A stretch of 57,425 nt of DNA from Thermotogota bacterium (lineage in GTDB: Bacteria > Hydrothermota > Hydrothermia > LBFQ01), in the NCBI GenBank assembly GCA_013154295.1, contig JAADCS010000008.1, forward strand, positions 1-57,425, given 5' to 3'. Below the pieces are notes generated by a model that saw only the letters and a program-made list of their open reading frames with translations, had not been told where the DNA came from and ran no database searches. The position numbers and the translations under genes are program-made. Shown in pieces: positions 47,786 to 57,212 of this stretch. Position 1 is the first letter of the stretch. Every line of letters starts with the position of its first letter.

Positions 47786-48289
47786 ATGAGGGTGTGGAGG
47801 GTGATAGTTAGCGTTGCGGTGGTAGGAGTCGGAGCTTTGGTAATTCTGTACTTTTTCATGGAAAGATTGGAGAGAAAGACGGTTCGTTTGGAGTTCAATG
47901 AGGAGCCTGCAGTCGTAGACACCTCGGATAACTGGCGTGTTGAGGATCTTCCAGAAAGATGGCCGGAGTTTTTTAACGATTCTCTCGCTGCCTTGGGGGA
48001 AGAACTCTTCGCCACACGCGGATGTAGAGTATGCCATACGGTAGGTGGGGGTGACTTGGTCGGTCCTGATCTAGCAAACCTGCGAAAGAGAGCCACCTAT
48101 AGATGGTCTCTGCTTATGCTTCTCAAACCGGACAGTATGCAACAGTACGACAGCACCGCCCGAAGGCTGCTGAAAGAATACGGTGTTCAAATGCCCAACC
48201 AAAAACTCACTCCTCAGGAGGCTGAAGCTATTCTACACTACGTCCTAAAAGGTGGCCGGAATCAGAACTCAAACAGCTCCGGTAGGTAG
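47786..48289 (+). CDS. Membrane-anchored monoheme cytochrome c
   Basis: N-terminal TM helix, CRVCH, GPDL and distal Met in QMPNQ. Confidence 0.9.
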   Translation: MRVWRVIVSVAVVGVGALVILYFFMERLERKTVRLEFNEEPAVVDTSDNWRVEDLPERWPEFFNDSLAALGEELFATRGCRVCHTVGGGDLVGPDLANLRKRATYRWSLLMLLKPDSMQQYDSTARRLLKEYGVQMPNQKLTPQEAEAILHYVLKGGRNQNSNSSGR

Positions 48290-49092
48290 GTCTTGAGCAT
48301 CTCGTTTATCAGGATCTTCTCCTGCTGTACGGCCACGGAGTCGTCCGTGTATATGACCGTACGTACGTTGGGGCCCTGAAGGGGACCGAACTTGTCGGGA
48401 GGTACCTGAACGTTCTCCTTTACCTCAACTGCCTCAACGAAGATCTGCGCTCCACTCTCGGTGAGAACCTCCCACCCCAAGGGTATACCCTTGTATATGA
48501 AGAGCCTTATGTCCTTGCCTTTGACCTTGTAAACGTCGGCTTTCTTACCCGCTATCTTCTTAACGAACAGCTGGTTGGGTTTTTGGATCATACCCTTGTA
48601 GACTATCCCCAGCTGGAGTTCCTTGGCGAACTTTTCAATCAGGGGACCTATCTTGTTCTTTTGTTCCGGAGAAAGTTTGTCCCACCTACTCTTCAGAATC
48701 AGGAATAGGTTGTTGGGACGCGCCGAACCTATGATAGAATCAGGTATGAAAGTATCTCTAAGCTCCTCCTTGATGTATTTGCGTTTGAAACGTCGACCGT
48801 AGGAGTATATCCACTCCTTGGTACCTATATCCCAACCTTCCAAGGGTACCTTACCGAACTTTACGGATATGACGTTCCGATGCTTGTGGGTCTTGAGGCC
48901 GTATTCGTCCCACCAAAGCTCCTCGTAACCCTCTTCATCACCCGAAACCTTATACTTTATGTATCCGCTCTTCACATCGTAGGGACGGAATACGTCCTCA
49001 ATGCTTAACTTGGAATAATCCTTCTTCTTCCCGCAGGAGAAAGCTCCAAAAACTATAGCCCCGCCTACGAACAACAAAAGCAATCTCCTCAT
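48262..49092 (-). CDS. Hypothetical lipoprotein
   Basis: Lipobox AFSC; beta-rich, with IAGKKADVY reminiscent of the LolA/DUF4412-like fold. Confidence 0.7.
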   Translation of the reverse strand: MRRLLLLFVGGAIVFGAFSCGKKKDYSKLSIEDVFRPYDVKSGYIKYKVSGDEEGYEELWWDEYGLKTHKHRNVISVKFGKVPLEGWDIGTKEWIYSYGRRFKRKYIKEELRDTFIPDSIIGSARPNNLFLILKSRWDKLSPEQKNKIGPLIEKFAKELQLGIVYKGMIQKPNQLFVKKIAGKKADVYKVKGKDIRLFIYKGIPLGWEVLTESGAQIFVEAVEVKENVQVPPDKFGPLQGPNVRTVIYTDDSVAVQQEKILINEMLKTYLPELFEF

Positions 49093-49142
49093 AAGTGGGG
49101 AAGTCTATTTCAACCCCCCAGTGGCTTATTCTAAGGAGGAAA

Positions 49143-49634
49143 CTACCCGTTTTCGTAGAGGTCAGTCAAGTCTTCGTAGGTCTCTCGGTGGCCTTCGTCG
49201 TACCTGTCGGGGTTCTCAAGTAGGTCCTCAAGGAGTTGTGGCGTCATGTCTTTTAAAGGGGTGCCGTTCAGGAGACCGGCAGGGGCGTGGTCGCATAGGC
49301 CTATACATTCGGTCTCCTCTACGAACACCTTCTTGGGGTCGGCCTTTTCCTTAGCCAGCTTTAGTAGATCGTAGGCACCCTTCTGCATGCAGGCCAGGTT
49401 GGTGCATATGGATAGTTTGTGTTTCGGTGTGGGTTCGAGGTGGAAAAAATGATAGAAGGAAGCTACGCTTACGATTTGGGTTTCGCCATAACCTAAAACT
49501 TCGTTTATAAGTTTTATACCATCCGGATGTATCCAACCGTACTCATCTTGAACTTCGTGTAAGGCCGCTATGAGGGCACTGTCAGCTTTCGGAAATATGC
49601 GTTTGACGTTTTCCAACCTTTCTTTCAGAGTCAT
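49143..49634 (-). CDS. nuoE: NuoE-like 2Fe-2S subunit
   Basis: LHEVQDEYGWI, VASFY, CTNLAC and ECIGLCDHAP. Confidence 0.88.
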   Translation of the reverse strand: MTLKERLENVKRIFPKADSALIAALHEVQDEYGWIHPDGIKLINEVLGYGETQIVSVASFYHFFHLEPTPKHKLSICTNLACMQKGAYDLLKLAKEKADPKKVFVEETECIGLCDHAPAGLLNGTPLKDMTPQLLEDLLENPDRYDEGHRETYEDLTDLYENG

Positions 49635-49690
49635 CTGGTTGGTATTCTAACAGAGAACGGTGACCCCGTTGCCCCTTTCAGGGCTACTTT

Positions 49691-51262
49691 CTATTTCCTA
49701 TCTAAAGCCGCCTTTAAAAGGCCTACGAAAAGGGGACCAGGATTCAAGGGGCGAGAGGTGTACTCCGGGTGAAACTGTACTCCTACATAGAAGGGATGCT
49801 CTGCCCACTCTATTACCTCAACCAACCCTCTCGTTTCCCCCACTATCTGTAGGCCACTCTTTTCAAAACTATCCCTGTAGGCGTTGTTGAACTCGTATCG
49901 GTGTCTATGTCTCTCCCTTATAATTTCCTTACCATATAGCTTGCGGGTCAGCCCCTCTCTAAGACTCACTTCCTGACCTCCGAGCCTCATCGTAGCTCCC
50001 AGGCGATCTATGTTCTTCTGGTCCGGAAGCAGATGTATCACAGGATGGGGAGTGTTGGGTTGAAACTCCTCACTGTGGGCATCTTTCAGCTTCAGTACGT
50101 TCCTGGCCCATTCCACTGTCATAAGTTGCATGCCTAAGCATATGCCCAATATAGGTACGGAATTTTTACGGGCAAAACTTATAGCGGATATTTTGCCCTC
50201 TATCCCTCTCTCGCCAAAACCTCCAGCTATGATGAGGGCATCGTAATCTTTCAGGTTTCGCGTTCCCTCCCTCTCAAGGCGTATAGCGTCTATAAGCTCC
50301 ACCTTGGGTTTAACTTTCAAATGGGCACCGGCATGAATAACGGCCTCTATAAGGCTTTTGTAAGCGTCCCGAACCTCTATGTACTTACCTACTATCCCTA
50401 CGCTCACCTCTCCCACGGAATTCTCCACCCTCTCCACGAAGTTCTCCCATGCTTCGAGGGAGCGGTCGGTATATATTCCAAGACCCAGTTTTTCAAATAT
50501 GAGATCGTCTAAATTCTGCTCTGCTAGGAGGAAGGGAACACGATATACGTTTTCTAAATCGTGAGCGCCTACGACGGCCCTTAGGGGGAGACTTGAGAAG
50601 AGGGCCAACTTTTTACGTGCTTCCGGAGTTAGGGGTTTTTCGCCTCTGGCGATTAAGGCGTCAGGCTGTATGCCTATTTCCCTTAGTTTCTGAACAGAAT
50701 GCTGGGTAGGTTTGGTCTTTATCTCCCCGATGGACTTGACGAAAGGCACGTAGGAAACGTGTAGGTAGAAAGAACTCTCTTCAAGCCCCATCTGACGGGC
50801 AGCTTCCAAAAAGGGAAGGCTCTCTATATCTCCCACGGTTCCACCTATCTCCACCACCGTTACATCGTACTCTCTGGCTACCTCCCTTATTCGCTCCTTT
50901 ATAAGATCTGTGAGGTGGGGTACAACCTGAACCGTGGCTCCCAGATACTTACCCTGGCGTTCTCTTTCGATCACCTCCAGGTATACCTGGCCGGCCGTTA
51001 GATTGTTCCTCTTAGATAGATCCTCGTTGAGAAAACGTTCATAATGCCCTATGTCCAAATCGGTCTCACCCCCGTCGTCCGTAACGAACACTTCTCCGTG
51101 TTGATATGGATTCATGGTACCAGCATCGTAATTGAGGTAGGGGTCTATCTTTATGATGCTGACTCTTAAACCACGACTCTTAAGAAGCAAACCTATTGAG
51201 GCTGAGGTTATTCCTTTACCCAACGAGGAGAGAACTCCACCTGTTACGAAAACCAACTTCAT
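49691..51262 (-). CDS. pyrG: CTP synthase
   Basis: TGGVLSSLGKG, DPYLN, KTKPTQHSV, GICLGMQ, RHRHRYE and QFHPE. Confidence 0.98.
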   Translation of the reverse strand: MKLVFVTGGVLSSLGKGITSASIGLLLKSRGLRVSIIKIDPYLNYDAGTMNPYQHGEVFVTDDGGETDLDIGHYERFLNEDLSKRNNLTAGQVYLEVIERERQGKYLGATVQVVPHLTDLIKERIREVAREYDVTVVEIGGTVGDIESLPFLEAARQMGLEESSFYLHVSYVPFVKSIGEIKTKPTQHSVQKLREIGIQPDALIARGEKPLTPEARKKLALFSSLPLRAVVGAHDLENVYRVPFLLAEQNLDDLIFEKLGLGIYTDRSLEAWENFVERVENSVGEVSVGIVGKYIEVRDAYKSLIEAVIHAGAHLKVKPKVELIDAIRLEREGTRNLKDYDALIIAGGFGERGIEGKISAISFARKNSVPILGICLGMQLMTVEWARNVLKLKDAHSEEFQPNTPHPVIHLLPDQKNIDRLGATMRLGGQEVSLREGLTRKLYGKEIIRERHRHRYEFNNAYRDSFEKSGLQIVGETRGLVEVIEWAEHPFYVGVQFHPEYTSRPLNPGPLFVGLLKAALDRK

Positions 51263-51298
51263 AGGGCAAAGGATTTTAAGTCCGTAGCGGGGAATAGG

Positions 51299-52618
51299 CT
51301 AAGGGTAGTTAGAGGGATCCAACAGGTTGCTAAGGATCTCTTCCAATTTCATTGCCCTTGAGCCTTTAATGGCCACCACCTCCCCATCCCACCTTGGGAT
51401 GTACTCGACCACCTGGCCGTATTCCGAAGCCAACCATCCTTTCTTACCACAGCGTTTGGCTTCCTCGACCGTAATCCTAGCCCACCGACCGAAACCGATC
51501 ACCTCCGATATACCGTAACGGCATATTCTCTCCCCAGCCCATCTATGCCAGCGCTCGGATTCCTTGCCCAATTCCAACATATCCCCGAAAACCAGTAGGA
51601 TCCTTTTGCCCCTATAGAGGAGCGAGAGGGATCTCAACAGGCCCTCAACTGAAAGCGGGTTGGAGTTATAGGCGTCGTTTACTATGATCTTGTCTCTCCA
51701 ACGTATTCTTTCCATTCTCATCGGTTGACCTTTAAAATTCTTAAGGGCGTTTTGTACATCCTTGAGAGGAATTCCAAAAAGCAGTGAAAAGGAGGCTACG
51801 GCTAAAGCGTTCTCCCCGAAACCAACGTGGGGGTAGGGGACGAAGAAGTCAAATCCCCTAAACCGGAAGGAAACACCTTCCTTACTCAAAGTTAGGTCCT
51901 CCCCTTTAAAATGCGACTTCTCGGAAAAGCCGTACCTGTAGTGGGGAACTTCCGGGAATATGGGGGCGTCCTCCGGCACTAGGACGAAACCGTCGGTATA
52001 ACGAAGAGCCGAATACTCCTCCATCACGGCGTTGTACGTACTTCCCAGACCTTCAAGGTGTTCCGGCCCTAACTTCGTATAGACTACATGGTTCGGTCGC
52101 GCGAGCGAGGATAATTCCGAAATCTCGCCGAGCCTATTCGTTCCAAGTTCAAGGACCCATACATCCTCGTTCCCTTCGGTATTGAGAATGGTTAGGGCCA
52201 CACCTATCAGGTTGTTGTAGCTCTTGATTGGCCCCCTCACCCTATAGAACCCTCTTAGGACCTGGAGCATCATCTCCTTGGTGGTGGTCTTACCTACGGC
52301 TCCCAGAATCGCAATCACCTGACCTCCAAACTGGCTACGGGCGTAAGCCACCAACCTACGTAATGCATATCTGACGTCCTCCACCACCACACCCGCCGTC
52401 ATTCCTGGTACTACCCTACGAGCCAAGACACCTGCAGCCCCTTTTCTTACAGCATCTGCCACAAAAGTATGGCCATCGTGTCTATCACCTTTAAGAGCTA
52501 CAAAGAGTTGCCCCACCTTTACGGAGCGGCTATCGACAGTTACGCCGCGCACTTCCTTGTCTTCTCCTACCAGATAACCACCGGTTATGCGGGCGATTTC
52601 AGAAAGTTTAAAACGCAT
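51299..52618 (-). CDS. murF: UDP-MurNAc-tripeptide-D-Ala-D-Ala ligase
   Basis: DSR, DGH, GKTTTKE, NN.IG, NDAYNSNP, GDMLELG and KGSR. Confidence 0.95.
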   Translation of the reverse strand: MRFKLSEIARITGGYLVGEDKEVRGVTVDSRSVKVGQLFVALKGDRHDGHTFVADAVRKGAAGVLARRVVPGMTAGVVVEDVRYALRRLVAYARSQFGGQVIAILGAVGKTTTKEMMLQVLRGFYRVRGPIKSYNNLIGVALTILNTEGNEDVWVLELGTNRLGEISELSSLARPNHVVYTKLGPEHLEGLGSTYNAVMEEYSALRYTDGFVLVPEDAPIFPEVPHYRYGFSEKSHFKGEDLTLSKEGVSFRFRGFDFFVPYPHVGFGENALAVASFSLLFGIPLKDVQNALKNFKGQPMRMERIRWRDKIIVNDAYNSNPLSVEGLLRSLSLLYRGKRILLVFGDMLELGKESERWHRWAGERICRYGISEVIGFGRWARITVEEAKRCGKKGWLASEYGQVVEYIPRWDGEVVAIKGSRAMKLEEILSNLLDPSNYP

Positions 52619-52738
52619 ACCCTAAATTCTAAGGTAAAAATGCTGTTACAACCTAACCTTGAACAACCTACGGGAGCAATGCAATGTATTGGCAAACTCC
52701 CAAAACCCCTTTCACATACGACCATAAAATCGGAATCT

Positions 52739-54445
52739 ATGAAAAAGGGTTTGGTTTTGCTTTGGATAATCCTGCCGATTTTTGCTTTCGCCGATACTCT
52801 GGCAATAATACACATAAACGATACCCATCACCATCTCTTTCCCCACGGAGAATGGAACGGTATATCGTCGGCAGCCCACAAGATAAGGGAGTTGAAGTCT
52901 TTCTATCCTAACAATCTGTTCTTTCATGCTGGCGATATTTTCGTGGGAGATTTTTCTTTTCCGTACGGTTTAGGACGGGCGGAGCTGCGCCTTTTGAGCC
53001 TCCTTTCACCGGACGCTATAACTTTGGGCAACCACGAGTTGGATATAACACCAGATAGTCTGTACTCGGTTTTAAACGATGTTGGAGGATTTACTACCTT
53101 CCTTTCGGCCAACTTGAGACCGGACACCATACCCCTAGCTTCTTTGGTTAGGCCCTATACCACCTTCAGCAGATCCGGTAGGTTGATATGCGTTTTAGGT
53201 TTGACTACAAACCAATTTAATTTGCTTAACCCAGCCCAAGATCCGGTACAGTTTGAAAACCCGGTCTACGTGGCTCAAATATACGAGGATACATTTGACC
53301 TTTTAGGGTGTGATCTACGGTTGATCCTATCCCATGCTGGTGTCCATATGGACAGTTCCATAGCTTCATCCACCCGTTCCTACGACCTTATCGTCTCTGG
53401 ACATACCCACGCCTGTTATGACGGGGCTGCCGCTATACCTAATGCCTCCGGCGATACCACCTATCTGGCAGAGGCCTGTGAACATTACAAGGCCGTGGGG
53501 CTGTGGTTGGTAGATATGGATAGCTTGAAGGTGATCGGTCACAGGCTCTTTAGGTTAAGTGATACGTCAGCTTTAGATCCGGAGTTCGTGGACTCGTTGA
53601 ACGTCCTTCAAGCTCGTATAGAGAGTCGTTATGGTCCAGTTTTCGACGACTCCGTGGCCTACGCGGTCCGTGAATTGACCAATGTACCTGACAGCTCCCA
53701 GTATCTGGATACACCCTTGGGTAACCTCATAACCGATGCTTTACGTTCCAAAGCCGCCAGTGATGTGGCCGTACTACCCTACTTCTATATTGCTGAACCT
53801 TTTACGGTAGGTCGAATCACCTCCAACGACGTTCTCATGGCTTTTCCTTATGGACTAAGTGAAACAGCTATCACAGGAACTAATATGTACCTTTTGAGAA
53901 TACATCTAACAGGAGCCGATTTTTACCGTCTCCTTTCAGTGGCCCAGGAGTTCGTGGGTAGCTCTCCCATCGTTCAGGTTTCGGGAATGGCATACCGATT
54001 TTCTCCCGATTCCAGCCCACCCCTTCTGCCGGAGGATATAACCATCGGCGGAGCTCCTCTGGATACTACGGCCGTTTACAGTGTTGCTGCCGATATGGGT
54101 ACTTTACATCTAGCCAGCCTTTTAGGAGTAACTCCCGTGATGGTTGAAACCACTTCTTACACTATGTTCGAAGCTATGCGAGAGTATTTCCGAGAGATGG
54201 GAGCTTTAAATCACACCTCCGAGGGACGCATAGCCTACAGAAATTCTTTGAACTTGGCCGAGCGAAGAGCGGTTGAGTCGGCGATTCGCGTTAGCGAACG
54301 CACCGTATCTTCCAACGAGCCTTTCAGTGTATATGATGCAACCGGAAGACTTCTGGCCCGTAACGTTTTCGTCTTTAGGACTCATAAGGTAGGGGTTTTC
54401 TTCGTCAAAAGGGGGAGGGAGGTTATCCGCATAATCTTGAGATGA
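52739..54445 (+). CDS. Secreted 5'-nucleotidase/metallophosphoesterase with a T9SS-like tail (start ATG 52739)
   Basis: Signal peptide MKKGLVLL..AFA; NDTH, AGD, GNHE, LSH and SGHTH; tail YDATGRL...GVFFV. Confidence 0.9.
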   Translation: MKKGLVLLWIILPIFAFADTLAIIHINDTHHHLFPHGEWNGISSAAHKIRELKSFYPNNLFFHAGDIFVGDFSFPYGLGRAELRLLSLLSPDAITLGNHELDITPDSLYSVLNDVGGFTTFLSANLRPDTIPLASLVRPYTTFSRSGRLICVLGLTTNQFNLLNPAQDPVQFENPVYVAQIYEDTFDLLGCDLRLILSHAGVHMDSSIASSTRSYDLIVSGHTHACYDGAAAIPNASGDTTYLAEACEHYKAVGLWLVDMDSLKVIGHRLFRLSDTSALDPEFVDSLNVLQARIESRYGPVFDDSVAYAVRELTNVPDSSQYLDTPLGNLITDALRSKAASDVAVLPYFYIAEPFTVGRITSNDVLMAFPYGLSETAITGTNMYLLRIHLTGADFYRLLSVAQEFVGSSPIVQVSGMAYRFSPDSSPPLLPEDITIGGAPLDTTAVYSVAADMGTLHLASLLGVTPVMVETTSYTMFEAMREYFREMGALNHTSEGRIAYRNSLNLAERRAVESAIRVSERTVSSNEPFSVYDATGRLLARNVFVFRTHKVGVFFVKRGREVIRIILR

Positions 54446-54557
54446 GCGTTTTTCATCCATAGCGATGTGCTGGATCTTTTAATGCCAATTCTTTTGGTGA
54501 ATAAGATCGGGTGTGGTGTATTCGGCTATGCTGGGCGTGATAGGTCATACTCTCTTG

Positions 54558-54734
54558 CTCCATAAATATCCCTTTTGGGTAAGGCATTCCTTCCAAGAGG
54601 TATACACAAACGGGCCGAAGTTTTAAAGGCGGTAGGCGAACGGGGTGGTTTCACTTGGAGGCTATTTGGCCGCAGAGTGAAACCGATTCAGGTGCTACGA
54701 GCTGGTAGTAGTCGGAGAAGCCAACGAGAGAAAA
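54558..54734 (+). repeat. CRISPR-like mini-unit B: leader (54558-54647), 36-nt repeat (54648-54683), 21-nt spacer, strongly degenerate repeat (54705-54734)
   Basis: Repeat GTTTCACTTGGAGGCTATTTGGCCGCAGAGTGAAAC; the 41-nt block 54646-54686 matches 25021-25061 (minus) at 40/41. Confidence 0.7.
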
Positions 54735-54784
54735 TAACGGCGACTCGAAAAGGAACGTCTCTAGTCGAACGAATTCAACTTAAC

Positions 54785-55708
54785 TTAAGCTTCACCTTCC
54801 TTTTTTAGTAAATCTCCCGCCAAACCCAACGAAGAGGCCAGCTTGGAGAGTTCAACTGGGAAGAAGATCTTGGTAGCCTGGCCATCAGCCAGTTTCTTCA
54901 AGGCCTCAAAGTATTGGATGGTTATCACCTCGTGTGTGGGTTGGGTTTCTTTTATAGCGTTGAAGATGTAAAGAATACGATCTCTTTCCGCTTCGGCCAC
55001 CAAACGTATGGCTTTGGCCTTACCTTCCGCTTCCAGGATCTGGGCTTGTCTTTTACCTTCCGCCTGAAGAATCTGGGCCTGCTTTTGACCTTCCGCTTTC
55101 TTTATCTGCGACTCCTTGTAACCTTCGGCCTCAAGGATCATAGCTCTCTTTTCTCTTTCAGCCTTCATCTGCTTGTGCATGGCCTCCATTACGTCGCGAG
55201 GAGGGTCTATGCGTTTTAGCTCTACGCGAGTGACCTTAACCCCCCAACTGTCCGTCGCCTCGTCCAGGGTTATTCGGAGTTTGGAGTTTATGACCTCACG
55301 GCTCGTGAGAGTTTCGTCCAAGGTCAGCTCACCTATGATGTTTCGCAGGTTTGTCTGGGCGAGATTTATAACGGCCAGTTTGAAGTTCTGGACCTTATAG
55401 ACCACGTCCTCTGGTTTAACGACCTTGTAGTATATCACCCCATCGACCGTAACGACCACGTTGTCCTTGGTTATAACTTCCTGGGGGGGTACATCCACCA
55501 CCTGCTCTCTCATATCCACCTTTATGACCCTCTCTACTATGGGGATGACCAGGTGGAGACCGGAGTACAGGGTCTTACGGTACTTTCCGAAGCGCTCAAC
55601 TATAGCGGCCTCGTAGGGCCTAACTATAACAACCGCCTTGTATATGAAGATTATGAAGACCCATATAAGGGCGACGATAGCCAGAATGCCAATAGGTCCT
55701 CCTATCAT
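54785..55708 (-). CDS. SPFH/Band 7/stomatin family protein
   Basis: [30 protein letters not shown] and [10 protein letters not shown]. Confidence 0.95.
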   Translation of the reverse strand: MIGGPIGILAIVALIWVFIIFIYKAVVIVRPYEAAIVERFGKYRKTLYSGLHLVIPIVERVIKVDMREQVVDVPPQEVITKDNVVVTVDGVIYYKVVKPEDVVYKVQNFKLAVINLAQTNLRNIIGELTLDETLTSREVINSKLRITLDEATDSWGVKVTRVELKRIDPPRDVMEAMHKQMKAEREKRAMILEAEGYKESQIKKAEGQKQAQILQAEGKRQAQILEAEGKAKAIRLVAEAERDRILYIFNAIKETQPTHEVITIQYFEALKKLADGQATKIFFPVELSKLASSLGLAGDLLKKEGEA

Positions 55709-56154
55709 GACTCCCTCCTTTTTGTTTTCTTTACTTTCAGCTTAGCTCCTAAGATTTCCACAACCTCAACTTCATCGCCAACTTTTAAAGGGTCGTCGCT
55801 TTCGGCTCTCCATTCCTCACCCTCTACCCGCACCACATAACCATAGGGATCCGCTTCTACGACCTTACCCACCTTTCCGATCAAACCTTGGGGGGTGAAG
55901 GCGGTAGGTGGAGGTCCTTCATCATCGCTTGAAAGTTTATAAGCTACGGCGATAATAGAAGTTACCACTAGTATGAAGATCACCGCTTGGATCGGCCACG
56001 GGACGCCAAAGTACGTCATAAAGGAGACCAAAACAAAGCCCACTCCTACGGCGAAAAACTCAAAGTTGGTGGGAAGACCCAACTCTGAAACTATGAAAGA
56101 GACCCCTACTATCAAAAAAACTATACTCCAAACTTGCTGGCTCCAATGTGGCAC
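55705..56154 (-). CDS. NfeD family protein, the SPFH partner (probable start GTG 56154)
   Basis: TM hairpin plus an OB fold (LIGKVG...V.VEGEEWRA...GDEVEV); adjacent to the SPFH gene. Confidence 0.88.
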   Translation of the reverse strand: MPHWSQQVWSIVFLIVGVSFIVSELGLPTNFEFFAVGVGFVLVSFMTYFGVPWPIQAVIFILVVTSIIAVAYKLSSDDEGPPPTAFTPQGLIGKVGKVVEADPYGYVVRVEGEEWRAESDDPLKVGDEVEVVEILGAKLKVKKTKRRES

Positions 56155-56216
56155 GTTATATTTTAAAGCGGTAATCTGATCATAGACCTCCTGCTTCCCC
56201 TGTATAATAATCGCCG

Positions 56217-56474
56217 ATGCGTAAGCTGGTGTCGATATTCCTTTTTGCAGTTTCATCGGTTGTGATCGCTGGATGTGTAACGAGTAAGGATGCTAAGGAG
56301 TTTGAGCGCCGCTTAAGCCGCCTTGAGCGGGAGGTAAATAGTTTGAGAAGGGAAGTTTCGGAGGCCAAGGGAGAGGTTTCGTCCGCTGTGGGTAAGGTTA
56401 AAGCTCTGGAGGAGAACTACAGGTTTCTACTTAACGAGTTGAAGCGGATAAAGGGAAAGCGCGGGAGGAAGTGA
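56217..56474 (+). CDS. Small coiled-coil lipoprotein
   Basis: Lipobox IAGC followed by a heptad pattern; TATAAT 8 nt before ATG. Confidence 0.75.
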   Translation: MRKLVSIFLFAVSSVVIAGCVTSKDAKEFERRLSRLEREVNSLRREVSEAKGEVSSAVGKVKALEENYRFLLNELKRIKGKRGRK

Positions 56475-56475
56475 T

Positions 56476-57195
56476 ATGCTTGAGATTATAGGGGTATGGA
56501 TCGCGGCGTTTCTAACGCTGGCTATCCTCTCCCTCATCGTTAAGGAGAATCCACTCTATCGTTTTGCCGAACACATCTTCGTCGGAGTTTCCGCTGGCTA
56601 CGGTGTAATGAACACGTTCAACCAAGCTATATGGCCCCAAATAGCTCAAGGTATAAGGGATAGTAAGTTCATCGTTATAAAAATCGGCACGTTCAACTTC
56701 ATGGGTCAAAAGGTTCCGTTTTTGACCGTAGGGCAGTTGGTCATTCTTATAGGTGTAATCTTGGGTATCATGATCTTGGCTAAGTTGGAGATCTTTAAGT
56801 ACGTAGCTCCCAATCTACGTTGGATCTCCCTCTATCCGTTGGCCGTTACCATAGGTATAGGTACAGGTATAGGTCTAACGGCCGCTTTTCAGGGTTTCAT
56901 ATTTCCCCAGGTGAAAGCCACTTTCCTCCCCCTTTGGACGTCAAACTTTATGGAGCCCGCAAGTCTCATGATGATACTATCCAACTGGGTTTTCTTGATA
57001 GGTGTTGTAACTACAATTTTATACTTTTTCTTCTCGGCCGAACAAAAAGGTATAATGAAACCTATAGTTAGCGTAGGTATCGTGTTCATTATGGTAGCCT
57101 TTGGGGCCTCTTTCGGCTATACTGTAATGGGGAGGATCTCTTTATTGTTGGGTCGCATTTACTTCCTTCTCCATAACTGGTTACAGCTGATTTAG
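56476..57195 (+). CDS. Conserved hypothetical polytopic membrane protein
   Basis: About six TM helices; NPLYRFAEHIFVGVSAGY and MVAFGASFGYTVMGRISLL; SD GGGAGG. Confidence 0.8.
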   Translation: MLEIIGVWIAAFLTLAILSLIVKENPLYRFAEHIFVGVSAGYGVMNTFNQAIWPQIAQGIRDSKFIVIKIGTFNFMGQKVPFLTVGQLVILIGVILGIMILAKLEIFKYVAPNLRWISLYPLAVTIGIGTGIGLTAAFQGFIFPQVKATFLPLWTSNFMEPASLMMILSNWVFLIGVVTTILYFFFSAEQKGIMKPIVSVGIVFIMVAFGASFGYTVMGRISLLLGRIYFLLHNWLQLI

Positions 57196-57212
57196 AAATC
57201 GTATTGGTCAAT

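Noticed and set aside
49660-49690. Small hairpin between pyrG and nuoE
   Set aside because: Short stem with no U tract on the coding strand and no riboswitch or SECIS context.
54575-54808. 77-aa ORF across repeat unit B
   Set aside because: It runs through the leader and repeat, has no upstream signal, and the equivalent frame is not kept in unit A.
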